A DNA stretch of 64,000 bases from assembly GCA_964019335.1 (NCBI GenBank), contig OZ025664.1, positions 1 through 64,000 on the forward strand. Reading direction: 5' to 3'. Source of the stretch: Diplonema japonicum (Eukaryota > Protista > Euglenozoa: Diplonemea). This document shows, piece after piece, positions 45,906 through 58,846 of this stretch (position 1 is the first letter of the stretch; each line of letters begins with the position of its first letter). The position numbers and the translations under genes were made by a program. The notes below the pieces were generated by a model. That model was not told where the DNA came from. It saw only the letters and a program-made list of their open reading frames with translations, and ran no database searches.

Positions 45906-46967
45906 TTACTCTTCTACATTTTCATTCTGCATGCCGCTACTTGTTGGTTCTGCTGGTTCTGTTTTCACCTTCACATCGTACTTTGAGTCGAATTCCGTAT
46001 CGGGTACTAATGTGTACTTTATTGCCGCCTCAGACTTCGAGGCGCTGTCGGGGGGCACAGACATCCATGTCCCGTCTTTGTGAACCACCACGTGTCGGGT
46101 GCTCTGGTCTGCCTTTGCCAAGATGTCTGTGAAGAAGGGGTCGATGATGATGGAGTCGGGGGAGAGGGGCATCGAGGTCACTGGGCAGCGCCAGGGGACG
46201 GGGTCCTTTCCCTCCTCAGCGAGTGTGAGGTTTCGCTGCAAGTTGACTGCTAAGAAGTGTTCAAGATCGAAGGGTTGGATCACCTTGGTGCCTCTGGCAC
46301 GCGCAGGTATCACGATCTTCGTGGTGGACAGGGGGCAGAAGAGATCCACTGTGATGCTCTCCGTGAGCGATACCTCATCGTACCCCACATCGCCTATCTT
46401 GGCTCCCTCTTCCCTGCTTTCCAGGAAGCAAGCCTTGATATACTCTGTAGCCCTTTGCAGATCAATATTGCTGCACCTAGAGTCGATCCACCGTATGTTC
46501 TTCATCACATCTCGTTGCAAGGTGTTCTGCAGCCTCACCCAAGAAGCTGGTCTGTCCCACGTGCCGTCCCCCTCTTGCATGAATGGCGTGTCGTATCTGC
46601 ATTTCTTTCCCTCGATGAACTTCTTGAGAAGCGACCTTGTTCCGTCTGGCATTGGGACGTTCACCACCTTTGTGAGGTACCTGTACACTGGGTAGGTGAT
46701 GCGCCGTTCTTTGGTGCCGAGGTAGTACTTGTCAACCATGATCAGCATCTCCAACACGATGTCTGCGCTGAACTGCTCGCTCGCTTTACTCACAATATCG
46801 TTGAACAGCTGCTGCTTCAGCTCTTTCGGGAAGCCCGGGTCACTAAGCCGCCCCTGTACCCTATGCAGCGCAAGCGCGAAACTAAACAAATCGTCCACCT
46901 TGCCAATCATCTCCTCTTCCTCCGCGGCTTCCATCACGCACCGCATACGCTTCCCTGTGCTGCTCAT
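45906..46967 (-). CDS. SP-RING (MIZ-type) SUMO E3 ligase-like protein with degenerate zinc ligands
   Basis: DLFCPLSTTKIVIPAR...QPFDLEHFL...WRCPVT...IIIDPFFTDIL...VVHKDGTW follows the SP-RING layout. Confidence 0.8.
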   Translation of the reverse strand: MSSTGKRMRCVMEAAEEEEMIGKVDDLFSFALALHRVQGRLSDPGFPKELKQQLFNDIVSKASEQFSADIVLEMLIMVDKYYLGTKERRITYPVYRYLTKVVNVPMPDGTRSLLKKFIEGKKCRYDTPFMQEGDGTWDRPASWVRLQNTLQRDVMKNIRWIDSRCSNIDLQRATEYIKACFLESREEGAKIGDVGYDEVSLTESITVDLFCPLSTTKIVIPARARGTKVIQPFDLEHFLAVNLQRNLTLAEEGKDPVPWRCPVTSMPLSPDSIIIDPFFTDILAKADQSTRHVVVHKDGTWMSVPPDSASKSEAAIKYTLVPDTEFDSKYDVKVKTEPAEPTSSGMQNENVEE

Positions 46968-47269
46968 GTTGCACCTGCATAACTATGATGACGTGAAACG
47001 GCAGTGTGAATAGTAAGTCAAGTGGCTATCTCGATCCTGCTTCACACAACATGGGATGCAGGCAGACAAGGGATGCAGGCAGACAACAAATCAATAAGAG
47101 CAAAAACAATTCGAGGAAAAAATGCGAGAGGATATAAAAAAAAGGGGGGAACGAGAGGATGTAGAACGTGTAGTGAGCAATGCGCAACCGCCCCGCACAC
47201 ATGGGGTTTCGTTGGCATTAGCTGCAAGGTAACTAATATAGGGCTCTAGGGTAACTATCGAGAAAGCAA

Positions 47270-48979
47270 CTACTCTTTTCTAAGCAGTGCTTTTCTAAAC
47301 AAAAGAAGAGAAACTACAACTCCAACAGCAACCCAAAGGCAGCACAGTCCATACACGCCCGTGTAACTATTGCCAGAGTACATCGAGTCGAGGTACGCAT
47401 CACCTGAGGTGGGACCTGGGAAGTGTCTGCCTTTAAGTTGAGTCACAGAGAAGATTCTGTAGGCCAAAGGGAAATAAAGAGCGGAAGGGAGCCAGGAGAC
47501 AGGAAGGGGCATGGAGGAAGGGGAGATAAGATACCCGGAGCTGATAACGCTGAGGAAGTTAATCAAAGAGCCGACTGTCAAGGCAAAGTATGGTGGCACA
47601 GTGATAGCGATAAGAGTTCCAGTGAGCCGAGCACACGTGGTGAGAGTCACAAGGACAGAATAGGCGAGGTGGAAGCTGACCATGTCAGTCATGAAGTAAA
47701 TAGGTGTCAAGAACACCAACGACACAAAGCATTGGACCGCGAAGTCTACAAGGTGCAATGTTAGCAGTGGCGGCCACCAACAGTACAGGCCCTTACGTAG
47801 CTCGGACCTTGACATCGAAACCTCTTTTGGGGTCTTGCGAATGGCGTCCAGGAGTGGCTCTTGCTGAGATTCTGCCAACATCAAGAAGTACATGCCTCTG
47901 AGAGACAACATGTCCTCTGTACTGAAGAAGAGACCTCCGATACACAAGGAAAAGAACACAGCGCGGCCGAGACGCATTCTAAGCACGGGGCTCCCGAGGT
48001 AGTTGCCCATCCAAATCCTCAGCAAAATTGTAAAACTGTTACAAGACGACGGTCTCACGTTGCCAATTTGCACCACCTCAGCACCATCAATCTTGCTCGC
48101 TTGAGGTCGGGACATGCTACTCTCAGAGCACACCCACGAGCAGTCATAGAATAACTTGTTGTCAGTTTCTGTTGCCTCACCTGCAATTTCCAACAGCTGC
48201 TCGGCCAACGTGCCTTTTCCACTGCCGCATTTTCCAAATTCTTTTGAAACACGAATGAAGTCCGTCACCCTATCCGGGGGGCCCTTGAAGGCCACCCTCC
48301 CGTGATTATCGAGGACCACGAGGTAGGTCAGCTCATTCCATATCTCAGACGAAGGCTGGTGGAGGGTTGTGATAATAAGCCTGTCTCCAGTGCATGCTTT
48401 CTGCTTCAGGGTCTTGATTAGCGATATGGCGGTGAAGGAGTCGAGGCCCGTTGTAGCCTCGTCGATGGCAAGGATCTTGGGCTCGGTGAGGAGTTCGAGA
48501 CAAATGGCAAGCCTCCTACGTTGCCCACCTGAAAGGGCGCTCGTTTTGGTGTCCCAAGTAGCGGCCAGCCCCAAGTCGTCAAGCAGTTCCTTTACCTCTT
48601 CAATGCCTTTCCCCGTGAACTTCCCTCTCATAGTTACTGTTTTGCCTACAGATAGACCCTCTTGCAACTTCTCATCTGTGCCCACCAAGCCCATCTGGCG
48701 TCCTCTCTTCCGCTGGCTTAGGCACTCCATACTTGTCCCATCAATAAAAACTCCTCCCTCAACCACTCCCTTGCTTCTGCCATCTCCGACAAGCACATTC
48801 AGCAACGTGCTTTTGCCCGATCCCATCCCACCAAGTATGCCCACAAGGCCAACGCCCAAGTCTAAGCTGATGTCCTCGAGTGCTGAGCGTTTGGCTTTGC
48901 GGTATTTGTAAGAGACATGCTTGAGAGACAGCATCGACACGCATGGCACCGACACGCATGTATTGGACGTGGCCTCCAT
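47270..48979 (-). CDS. ABCG (White-type) half transporter
   Basis: Walker A GMGSGKST, signature LSGGQRRR, DEATTGLDS, TLHQPS; C-terminal TM domain. Confidence 0.92.
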   Translation of the reverse strand: MEATSNTCVSVPCVSMLSLKHVSYKYRKAKRSALEDISLDLGVGLVGILGGMGSGKSTLLNVLVGDGRSKGVVEGGVFIDGTSMECLSQRKRGRQMGLVGTDEKLQEGLSVGKTVTMRGKFTGKGIEEVKELLDDLGLAATWDTKTSALSGGQRRRLAICLELLTEPKILAIDEATTGLDSFTAISLIKTLKQKACTGDRLIITTLHQPSSEIWNELTYLVVLDNHGRVAFKGPPDRVTDFIRVSKEFGKCGSGKGTLAEQLLEIAGEATETDNKLFYDCSWVCSESSMSRPQASKIDGAEVVQIGNVRPSSCNSFTILLRIWMGNYLGSPVLRMRLGRAVFFSLCIGGLFFSTEDMLSLRGMYFLMLAESQQEPLLDAIRKTPKEVSMSRSELRKGLYCWWPPLLTLHLVDFAVQCFVSLVFLTPIYFMTDMVSFHLAYSVLVTLTTCARLTGTLIAITVPPYFALTVGSLINFLSVISSGYLISPSSMPLPVSWLPSALYFPLAYRIFSVTQLKGRHFPGPTSGDAYLDSMYSGNSYTGVYGLCCLWVAVGVVVSLLLFRKALLRKE

Positions 48980-49141
48980 AAACTGTGGGCACTAGAAAGA
49001 CGAGAAATAAAATCGAAAATCTTTTTGACACGCGAAACGTAAAAGCATGGAAAGAGCAGTTGAGAGGAACAGTTCTGCATCACCCGTGTCTTGCTGGAAA
49101 ACAAGGTAAGAGTAGTGCTGGTGAACAAAAGGACAATAGTA

Positions 49142-52100
49142 TTACACTAGCATGGGCGACGATGCGGCCCTCTTCATCTTCAGCTCCTGTGTTTTCCAGT
49201 CCCGTATTGGACTGCGGATTTCTTTGACTTCTTCAGCGTATTCTTGGGGAGTCTTGGCGATCAATAGACTTCTTGTTTTGCCAGCAGAGAAATTGTCATA
49301 AGCAGTTATGCGAGGGGGGGTAAGTCCCCCGTGCCCGCACCATGTGGATTCGGGGGGCTCCAGGTGGTGATAAAGCTTACAGAGGTAGAGAGTGGCAGAG
49401 AGCCAACGAGAGAGTGCCATAGGTGGCCCTGTGTACGCACCAAAATCTGAATCTATGCTAGCGAGCAACGAAGGGTGTGTCCCGTAGAACACGAACGACC
49501 TGAGGACAACGTGCAGCTCTGCTCTCAAGGAAACCAAATACGTTTTCACGTGCTGCGCGAAGCTCTTCCCGTTAATAGGGTCGGGCAGCCCTAATAGCCG
49601 CGACAAAGGCCTCGCCAGCCCTTCAGGCATCACTGCATCTTCTTTCAGCTCCTCAATGAGCCCAGACACCTCCGCTTGCTTTGCTTTGAATCTCCTCTTC
49701 TGCGGTCCCGTCATCCCCCACTTGTGCCTTCTAATACTCTCAATCATCCTCACACACCGTTCAGCCCCCAATGATCTCAGCAACACATGAAAGTCACTTA
49801 AGTACAGTTTTTGGTCATCTTTGAGTTTGTCTGCTGTTTGTAAAGTACAATCTGCAGGAAGCTTCTTCAGCACCTCCAGCACATCTACAGCTAGCAGGTA
49901 CCCTTTAAGATTTACATCCCACGCCTGGTACAGAGTAGTGATCCCTATGGACAAATTGTCGCCGTATGCAAGGTCGCTGATGACGAAGATGGCCTTACAA
50001 AGCCTTATCAAGAACCTTTTGTACTCGCTGAAGCACATGTGGGTTGTACTCAACACAATGAAGATAGCAGGTGCCTCCTGCAGGATGTGCTTGAGCAGCC
50101 GTGGTTCTGAGTACGCACGCGACCAAGTGGGCTGCCCTTGTGGCCTGTTGCTTCCCATCCGTGACTTCTGAGTAAACACAGTCTGCCGCATCACGTCCTC
50201 TAGTGTGCTGTCAATGAGATGGTTCCATTTTTCCAATGTTGCACTGATGCTCGGGTCCTCGCTCCCTTTGAACGTTTGGATCGCATGGTTAAGCACAAGT
50301 GACAAGGGACCCAGGTCCAGGTTGCAGCTCAAAAAATCGTTCGCAACACTCTTCACTGTCCCGCTCAGCAATATTCTGGCCATCTCTTCTCTTGCCATTG
50401 TGATCTCTTCCACAAGCACGGGTTGATTCAGCATGGAGTCCGCATAAGCACACAACTGTAACATCACCTCCCCACGTCGCTTCTGAGTCAGTTTCCTCGC
50501 ATCAGACACTTGTATCCCAGCCCTCAATGTCATACAGTCCTCAACAAGGTCAGTGCGCTTTGTTCTTTCAGACGTAAAAAGGACAGCTGTATGATTGGGG
50601 TTCATTGTTCAAAGCACACCTCTGAATTCTTCCTCTCGCTGCAAACAGCTATCCTTCTTACATTCAAAGATAATCTCTTCATCTGACTGCTCTTTGACGA
50701 GAGACCCCTTTCGTTGTACTGCAACACTTTTGATCGACGATGTTCTTGGGTTCTGCATGGGCCGCGTAGGTTTTGTGGTTGGTGGACCAGGGGTGAATTG
50801 AGGTTCCTCACATGCTTTGCTGCTCTCATCCTTATCGTTGGATCCCTTCTCTCCTTCGAGCTTATCGATCAACGTGTCGTATTTTTTCACTGCCGCTGCG
50901 GCCTTCTCTTGTTGCTCCCTTGTGGCATTCAGTTCTTCTTGGATTCTGACTATATCGTCTTTACCAAGTCTGAACATGCCCAGTTCTTCGTCCATTTTCA
51001 GCACTCCCTGAAGATCAGGAAGACCATCCGGTTTCAAGAGCATTTCAAACGCAGCAGAATTGCTCTCCAAGCACAGTCCTTCTTCTTCTTCTTCTTCAGA
51101 ACTCTTTTGCTCGTTCTGTGACGTTGGTTCTGGTGCAACAGCAGACAGCTCGGTCTTCTGGCAGTGGCTCGAGCCACCTGATTCGAAGAACTGCGATAAT
51201 TTCGACGGAACTTTCCGCAAACATGGATTGGACGTCACGCTCAGCGGCGAGTTGTTCGAGCTCTGGAAACTCTCTCGGCCCGCGGTGCAGACCGAGAACC
51301 TTGAAGGAAAACCACTGATAAAGGCACGCTCCGACTCTATCATGTCCAACAAGTCGTCACAGGTCGCCATCGTCTTGCGCAGCAAGGGTATGTCAATCCC
51401 ATCGGTAGCCTTTTTGAGAACCTCCAGCTCTTCGAGTTTCCGCTTCAGGTTTGCTATTTCGGCGTCACATGCCTTTTCTTGCTCCTCTTCCACCCGCATT
51501 TGCTTCATCAGTTTTGTCACTTTCAACGCGCATTCGTTCCTTTTCTCCATCATGCCGTTCTTCTCGTTTGGTTTAGTTCTGCCTGAGGCCAGTTCGTCAC
51601 CCAGTTTCTCCAGTACATCTTGCAAGTTATCGAGCTGCTTATAGAAGGAGTCTGTCACTGTGGTGGTGTGTGGTGATCTCTTTGCATACTTGAATGCGCT
51701 TTGTGCTTCCCTTGCATTGCCTTCGCTAACAGCGTCCGGGTGTCGGATATGTTGACCTGAAGCTCTTCGAATGACTTACAGATTATTTCGTAGTCATCTT
51801 CTAGTCTGCCGACACAGTCGAGGAACTCTTGTGTAGGGTTCTTGTCGACCATCTTTGTTTGGATCCACTCTAGCTCGGCGCCCAGCATGACCACCTCTGG
51901 TCTCGTGTACCCCGTGCACAGCGTATCGGTAATAAGGCCATCTTGTCCAGACCGCTTGCGCTTGCTCTGAACGGGTTTTTTAGGAGTTTTAGCGTTATAA
52001 CCTCCGCCCACAGAAAGGCTCCCTGACAAAGAATGGCGAAGTACAGGTGTATCGGCAACAGCTATTGTTTTGTTCTGTACGATTTGTGCAACAGTATTCT

Positions 52101-55100
52101 GCCGATCGGCGCAAGTTATAAACATTCCATTAAGCATGCTGGATATCTGTTTCTCTTGCGGGCTACTTGACTGTGTAATGGGGACTGGCTCGTTATTATC
52201 AAATAGAGACAGATCCCCAGTCGGGCTCATGATTGCACAGCTTTCAGAGAAGCTTCTTATCAGTGGACTCTCCTGCCATGACGCGTTAATACTCGCAGCA
52301 CTGCAGCTGCCATCCAGAGGTGTAAAGGACACAACAAATAATTCCCTCATCGCTCTCTCTTCGTTAAGGATACGCTGTCTCTCCGTCTCCTCGGAGGCAG
52401 GCGGCTCGTGGACCGCCTCTTCCAATTCACCAACGATTTCAGAAGCCTCTTTTAGCCTTACATCAGTCAACGTTCCTACTGCGTGTTCACCCTGAACGGT
52501 ACTTTTATGTTTCTCGCCGTGCTTGGTGTCTATTGCAGTACATTCTTCCCGAGCAAGCATCCCACGGACGGGGCTTTGGATGCGTACAGCCGCACAGTCC
52601 TTCCGTGTTTCATCCCTTCTTGTATTGCTAATATTATCCCGAACACTGCCGCGGTTCTCGGTGTAGGTTTTTCTTGCAAGCACACCTCTCATTGGGCTTT
52701 GGATGCGTACAGCTGCACAGTCCTTTCTGGTTTCTGAGCTCCTTGCCTCTCCCACTGATCGGTGCATATCAGCTCGACTGGTCTCGTACCCCTTGCGAGC
52801 AAATATGCCTTTCATTGGGCTCTGGATACGTACAGCTGCTTTATCACGTGCCGTTTCAAGTGACCTATCCCGATGGATAGATTTCCGTGTTTTAACACAG
52901 GCCTCCTTGTAATTCGTCCTTGCAAGCATCCCACGAACAGGGCTCTGGATGCGCACCGCTGCCTTGTCACGTGTTGTCTCGGCTGACCTGTTCCGGTGTA
53001 TTGAATTCCGTGCTTCACTATGAACTTTATCGCAAGCAGCCCTTGCCAGCATCCCGCGGACAGGGCTCTGGATGCGCGTGGCAGCCACGTGTTGTTGTGT
53101 CTGTGTCGGTGTGGTGGTGTCGTGTGCATCGTCTTCCAAGGTTTCCTCAGAACTACAGTCTAGCAACTGTTCTGACGCTCTGCATAACGTCATAACAAGG
53201 AGGCTCATCTTCACTTCCTCCTCCTCAACAATGTCTTCTCTCCCCTGTGCCTCAGCACCCTCCAAGACCCGTACCCCGTCGTGTAATACTTCGGTACTCT
53301 CGAACAAGCGCGTTGGTAAATATGCGAGAGTAGCTAGAATGGACCACTTGATCTCTTCTTCGTCAATGATGAGATGCCTCTTGTGGCTCTCATCTTGATA
53401 CAATTGAGACAAAAGCTGCTCTTTGGCATACACGGCAAAGGATGCACTAGCCATTGCAAGTAAGCTGCGCTTTATCTCTTCTTCGTCAATGATGCAACAC
53501 CTCTTGTGGCTCTCATTTTGGTACGTTTGCGATATAAGCTGCTCTCTAGCATACACGGCAAAGGATGCGCTAGCCATTGCAAGTAGGCCACGCTTTATCT
53601 CTTCTTCGTCAATGATGCAACACCTCTTGTGGCTCTCATTTTGGTATGATTGGTGCACAAGCTGCTTGTTGGCATACACGATGAAGGATGTATGGGTCAT
53701 TGCAAGTAAGCTGCGCTTTATCTCTTCTTCGTCGCTGACAGCCTCCCGCTTGTTGTCCTCGAGTATGGTCAGCATATCTATCGCAGCACCTACCTTCGCA
53801 AGCGCATCAAAAGCTGCCTCTAACTCCGTCTGTGCAACTCTGTCTCTTTCTGTTTCTGCGTTACGCTCGTTTTTGATCGCTTCTTGTACATTCGTCCTGT
53901 ATTCCGTATATCCTGCCCTGGCATGCATCCCGCGGACAGGGCTTTGGATGCGTACAGCTGCACAGTCCTTTCTGGTTTCTGAGCTCCTTGCCTCTCCCAC
54001 TGATCGGTGCATATCAGCTCGACTGGTCTCGTACCCCTTGCGAGCAAATATGCCTTTCATTGGGCTCTGGATACGTACAGCTGCTTTATCACGTGCCGTT
54101 TCAAGTGACCTATCCCGATGGATAGATTTCCGTGTTTTAACACAGGCCTCCTTGTAATTCGTCCTTGCAAGCATCCCACGAACAGGGCTCTGGATGCGCA
54201 CCGCTGCCTTGTCACGTGTTGTCTCGGCTGACCTGTTCCGGTGTATTGAATTCCGTGCTTCACTATGAACTTTATCGCAAGCAGCCCTTGCCAGCATCCC
54301 GCGGACAGGGCTCTGGATGCGCGTGGCAGCCACGTGTTGTTGTGTCTGTGTCGGTGTGGTGGTGTCGTGTGCATGGTCTTCCAAGGTTTCCTCAGAACTA
54401 CAGTCTAGCAACTGTTCTGACGCTCTGCATAACGTCATAACAAGGAGGCTCATCTTCACTTCCTCCTCCTTGACAATGTCTTCTCTCCCCTGTGCCTCAG
54501 CACCCTCCAAGACCCGTACCCCGTCGTGCATCGCTTCGGTACTGGTTATGTTTTGTTTGATCTCTTCTTCGTCGGTAGTATGACGCTTCTCGTGACTATC
54601 TTGGGAAAGCCCCTGCTCTTCGGCGGAAAGAAAAGATGTACTGACCACTGCAAGTAAGCTGCGCTTTATCTCTTCTTCATCCACTAAGGACGCTCGTTTG
54701 CTGCCTTCCAACTCCACGTGTTCTCGCAAATAGTACGTTACATTCTCCACCATGCGCTCCCGGTCAATAGAACTCTTCACTCTCCCTACATGCGCTTCAT
54801 ATCCCGCTCTTGCTTGCATCCCGCGAACAGGGCTCTGGATGCGTACTGCCGCTCTGTCACGTGTCGTCTCTGCATTCATGTTTTGGTGGATGGACTTCTG
54901 TGTCTTCGTGACGTGCTGTGAATATGACTCACGCGCCCGTGATGCACGGTAGACAGACTGAACTGTTCGCGCAGAGGTGTCTTCGAGGGTTTCCTTAACT
55001 AGTTTGGCTCGTACTTCCGAATTTCTTGAGGACCTTAGGTTTGCACAATAAGTGCCAGCGAGGTACTGTTTTACACTTTTTTGTATAGTCGTGGCTGCAC

Positions 55101-56040
55101 TGTTGGGTATGATGCCCTTGTGGAGTATCAGCAGGTCCCATGACACTTGACAAAGTAAAGAGCCACTTTTTGCAGCTATACCCTCAACCTGCGACCGTAG
55201 GACTTCCTCCGATGCCATCAGTGCGATCAGCTGGTAAGACCAATGGGCTTCTTGCTGACGGACTATTGTCAATTCCAGATTCGATTCTCTGTGCTTGCGC
55301 TCTGTCATCCTGCGAGTCACGTACCCACGCATCATGCGGGTAATGTGTGTCACCGATACATCTTCGGTGGTCTCTCTCTGTCGTGTGCTGCTGATGTGCT
55401 CACGTACCGAAGCCCTGTGCGCCATGTACCCTTTGCGTGCATGGAAGCCCCGGACGACTCGTTGTATGTCGACTGCTGCTGTCGTAGTTTTTGTAGAAAT
55501 CCGCAGCGCCACTCCACCACTTGCTAAGGCAGACCTGCAGAAGGACTGGATGATGTTGGACTTGAAACCTATTTCTAGCCTGTCGCACCATTTTTTCTTC
55601 AAAGCGGCGCGCCATTCCACAGAAGCCTTGGCCCTGCAAAACTGCTGAAGGACGACAGCCAACCGGTCCGTTTCATTTTCATGACTGATGAAGTTTTTGA
55701 TATGGTCACGTACTTTGTGCAAAAGCTTACGGTATTGCACCTTGCTGAGAAGCCCCCTGATAACCTTCTGCAGGTACACAGTATGGTAGTACTGACTGTC
55801 ATGTGAGCTTTGCTGCATGTCTTGCGCGAGGAGAAGAGAGATGTTGCCGTGAGCACGTTCCTTCATTTCAGCCCTTTTCCACACGCTGCCTAAAGTATTG
55901 GCAATGTATGCTTCTGCTTCCCATCGTTCTTCCCTCTCTTCCGCCACGTGAGCTTGTTGCACAAGCTTTTCAATAAGCATTCTGGCCTTCCACCCCCTGA
56001 AAACCTTTTGTATCCTCGCAGAGGCATCTGAAGGCTGCAT
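49142..56040 (-). CDS. Giant (~2280 aa) IQ-motif repeat / coiled-coil protein (introns 51658-51689, 50587-50619)
   Basis: More than 15 IQxxxRGxxxR motifs. A 32-nt GTATG intron and a 33-nt GTGTG intron fuse ORFs 51655-56175, 50609-51658 and 49142-50605 in frame. Confidence 0.75.
52694..54528. repeat. Intragenic ~590-bp direct repeat (52694-53283 / 53939-54528) flanking three ~120-bp tandem units (~53345-53730)
   Basis: Offset of 1245 with near-identical sequence; 40-aa unit ESHKR..IIDEEEIKRSLLAMASASFAVYA. Confidence 0.9.
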
Positions 56041-56667
56041 CTGATGACAAATGTTTGTCCTGTTAGGATTGCTTTGTTCGTTACTCGAAACGTCGGGGAA
56101 ATAAAGAAAAAGGGGGAAAGAAAAAAAAAAGGGGTGGTGAGAAAGAAGGGGAAGGACACGCACGCACTCCCTCATGCTCTGCCCACCCCCTCCACCTGCA
56201 AAGCTACGGTGAGTGAAAAGGGCATCCTTTAGCTCAGAAGTGGAAGGAGAAATAGGGCAGAGAACAAGAAAGAGCTGGAGTTGCGTTTTCCTTTTCTTTT
56301 TATCGGGTTTTTAAAGTCATAATTCTCATTCTGCTGTTCCCTTTTTTTATGTTTCATCCAACCTCCAAAGAGGCCGCTATCGGGTGTTCTTCGTGAGTAA
56401 AGAAAGGGTTGTGAATAAGGGGGGGGGAGGAAACTAAAAAGTGGAAGAAAAAATGGAAAAAGGGGGGGTAGGAAAAAGGTAGCGATAGGGAGTGAGGGGT
56501 GTGGGAGGAAATAAAAAAAAAATTCAACGTTCACAAAGAAGTACGTGTCCGTGAGGCTGGCGCACTTGCGTAAAGAGCGAAGCCTCGTGCTTCTGACCGC
56601 ATCCTGCCCACAGTACACTTGTTACGTAAAGGATAATTAAGCTCAAGAACAAAAGACAAAGTCTAGT

Positions 56668-58331
56668 CTACTCCTCATCGGCTTCGGCTTCGGCTTCGGC
56701 CTCGGCCTCAGCCTCGGCCTTGGCTTTCTCAGCCGCTTTCTGTGATGAACGAATAATGTGACGATTGCCCATTGAGACATACCCTTTCGGCTATCTCCTC
56801 CTCAATAGCCTCCTTTTCGGTTTTCTTGAAGCTCTCCCAGTGCTTCTTCTTTGTGATCAGCTTCTCGATAGTCTCCTTCACCTCATCAGTGTTGGTGGGC
56901 AGCTTCAGGCCCATCTTATCGAAGGCGGTCAGCTTCTCATGGCTGTGGCTCACTTTTTTCGACTTCGTGACAACAGGCTCCTTGGGCTTAGAAGGCTGCT
57001 TGGGCTTCTGTTCCTTCTTCTTTTTGCCACCCATGAGCCAAGCATCGTCATCCTTCTTCATCACGGTGAACCCAGAGGCTACGTTCGCAGTGGGGTCGAA
57101 GGCAGGCTTGGTCTCAGTCTTTCTCTCTTCCCTAGAAGCAAACTGTTATGTATGAAAATTATCAGTGCTGTGCTGTGCTGTGTTGTACATACCGCGATCT
57201 TGGTTTTCAAGTACACGATGAGTGTCTCGCAGCTGTTGATCTCCTCCTCGTGGGGGTTCAGCCTTTTGATGGAGGCAATCTCGAGTTCCTTCTCCTTTGC
57301 TTTCTCGGCCCTCAGTTTGTCCTGTTCGACCTTCTCCTTCCTCCTCCTCTCTCTCTCTGCCTGGCACTTCTTGTCATACTCCACCTGCCATTCCTCGAAC
57401 GCCTGCTTCTTCTTGTCGAAGTTCTTCCTGTTGATGTCTAACTTCTCGTAGCTGTTAGTGATCTTCTGGCTAATCTGTGATGCGTGACACTAGCTGCGTG
57501 CAGCATACCTCGTCCCTCTCCTCCCTTGCCTTCTTTGCCTCACCGGCGTTCGAGAGCTTGCTGATTTCGGTGTTCTTGTCCTCGATCTGCTGAAGGAGCT
57601 CCTTGAACTGGATGGACTTCTCGTCGATCTGCCTCTGGATGGTTTTGGACTTCTGGGCAAAGTCCTCCTCTTCTTTCTGCTGTCCGGTCACCTGTGCTGG
57701 TGTGGTGTGTGGTCTTGCAACATACGCTATTAATCTTGTCGGACATCGAGGAGGCCTTGTCTCTGCTGGCCCGCAGGGCCTTGATTTCCAGCATTACTTT
57801 TTTTTCGCCCTTGATGGATGATACTGCTCCGGTCTCCAGCTTGAATTCCAGGTCCTTGATTTTCTTGTCGACAGCCTCAGGGGTCAGCAGCTCGCCGAGC
57901 TCTTTGTTCAATTTCCTAATCTCACTAACCTCATCACGCGACTTGTTCCTGGCAGCCCTCACCCTGTCCATTGCCGCGTTCCTCTCCCCCCTCAGCGCCC
58001 CAATTTCGTCGCCCAACTCCCTCTTGTCGTCGATGAGCTTCTTCTTCTCGTCCTGCAGAACCTGTCTGGGGTTGTTTTTGCTATTCCGGCTTTCATCAGC
58101 CTTCTTCCTAATCACGTCCAGCTGTTCCTTGTAGCCTTTAATCTGCTCGAAGATCTTGTCAAGATCGGCCTTGTGCGCCTTGAAGTCGGGTCTCTTGGGT
58201 GCCTGCAGAAAAAAGAACGTTTTAATTTATCATTTTTACAAAACGCATACATCAGCTTCGATGGGCACCAGGGGCGCTCTCTTCTTGCGCTCACCCTGCT
58301 GGTTGTTGTTGTCAGACAATTCGATAGGCAT
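56668..58331 (-). CDS. BFR1-like coiled-coil protein (introns 58203-58250, 57692-57725, 57475-57508, 57143-57192, 56740-56782)
   Basis: Five GTATG introns give one frame; IKDLEFKLETG..EKKVMLEIKAL, NPHEEEINSCETLIVYL, HSHEKLTAFDKMGLKLP..ETIEKLITKK match the Bfr1-family pattern. Confidence 0.75.
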
Positions 58332-58846
58332 ATTGGAAACCCACTACTGAAAGGTACTATGCAGATAATGACGGGGGTTAATAATATAATATTGGGCAAA
58401 AGGGGGGCGTGCTGGTGGCGTCCTGTTAATAACAAAAAGAGGAGGTATCAAGAACAAGGAATGAAGAAATAGGTAACTAATGGTATCGAAGAGAAGGGAC
58501 AGCACCCCTTTGTAGCAGCTCATCGAGGATTCTAAATGGAGCGCTAGTAACTGGTTTAGGGGAAAGTAAAGGCCAGGGTAAGGTACCTGTGCGAAACCTG
58601 ATCCCTTTGGGCACCTGCAAGAGTTGAACAGGGTAAATAATAACAAATACTCAAGACCATGTTAAGGTAAATATAATAAGGCGGGGCGAAGAACAACATC
58701 TTTATTACAGGAACTCCTTGTTGGAAAACCTCAGAAACCAGTTTCTCGATTCTTCCAAGAATAAGAATTCTCAGGCTGTTTTCAAGGTTCGGAACATTTC
58801 AGAGATGAATGTGAAACATTACGTTTGCAAAAAGTATAGGCTGGCG

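Noticed and set aside
5084-58331. Stop-codon reassignment or programmed frameshifting to explain broken ORFs
   Set aside because: Every break examined is explained by a short GT-AG intron; TAA, TAG and TGA all serve as terminal stops
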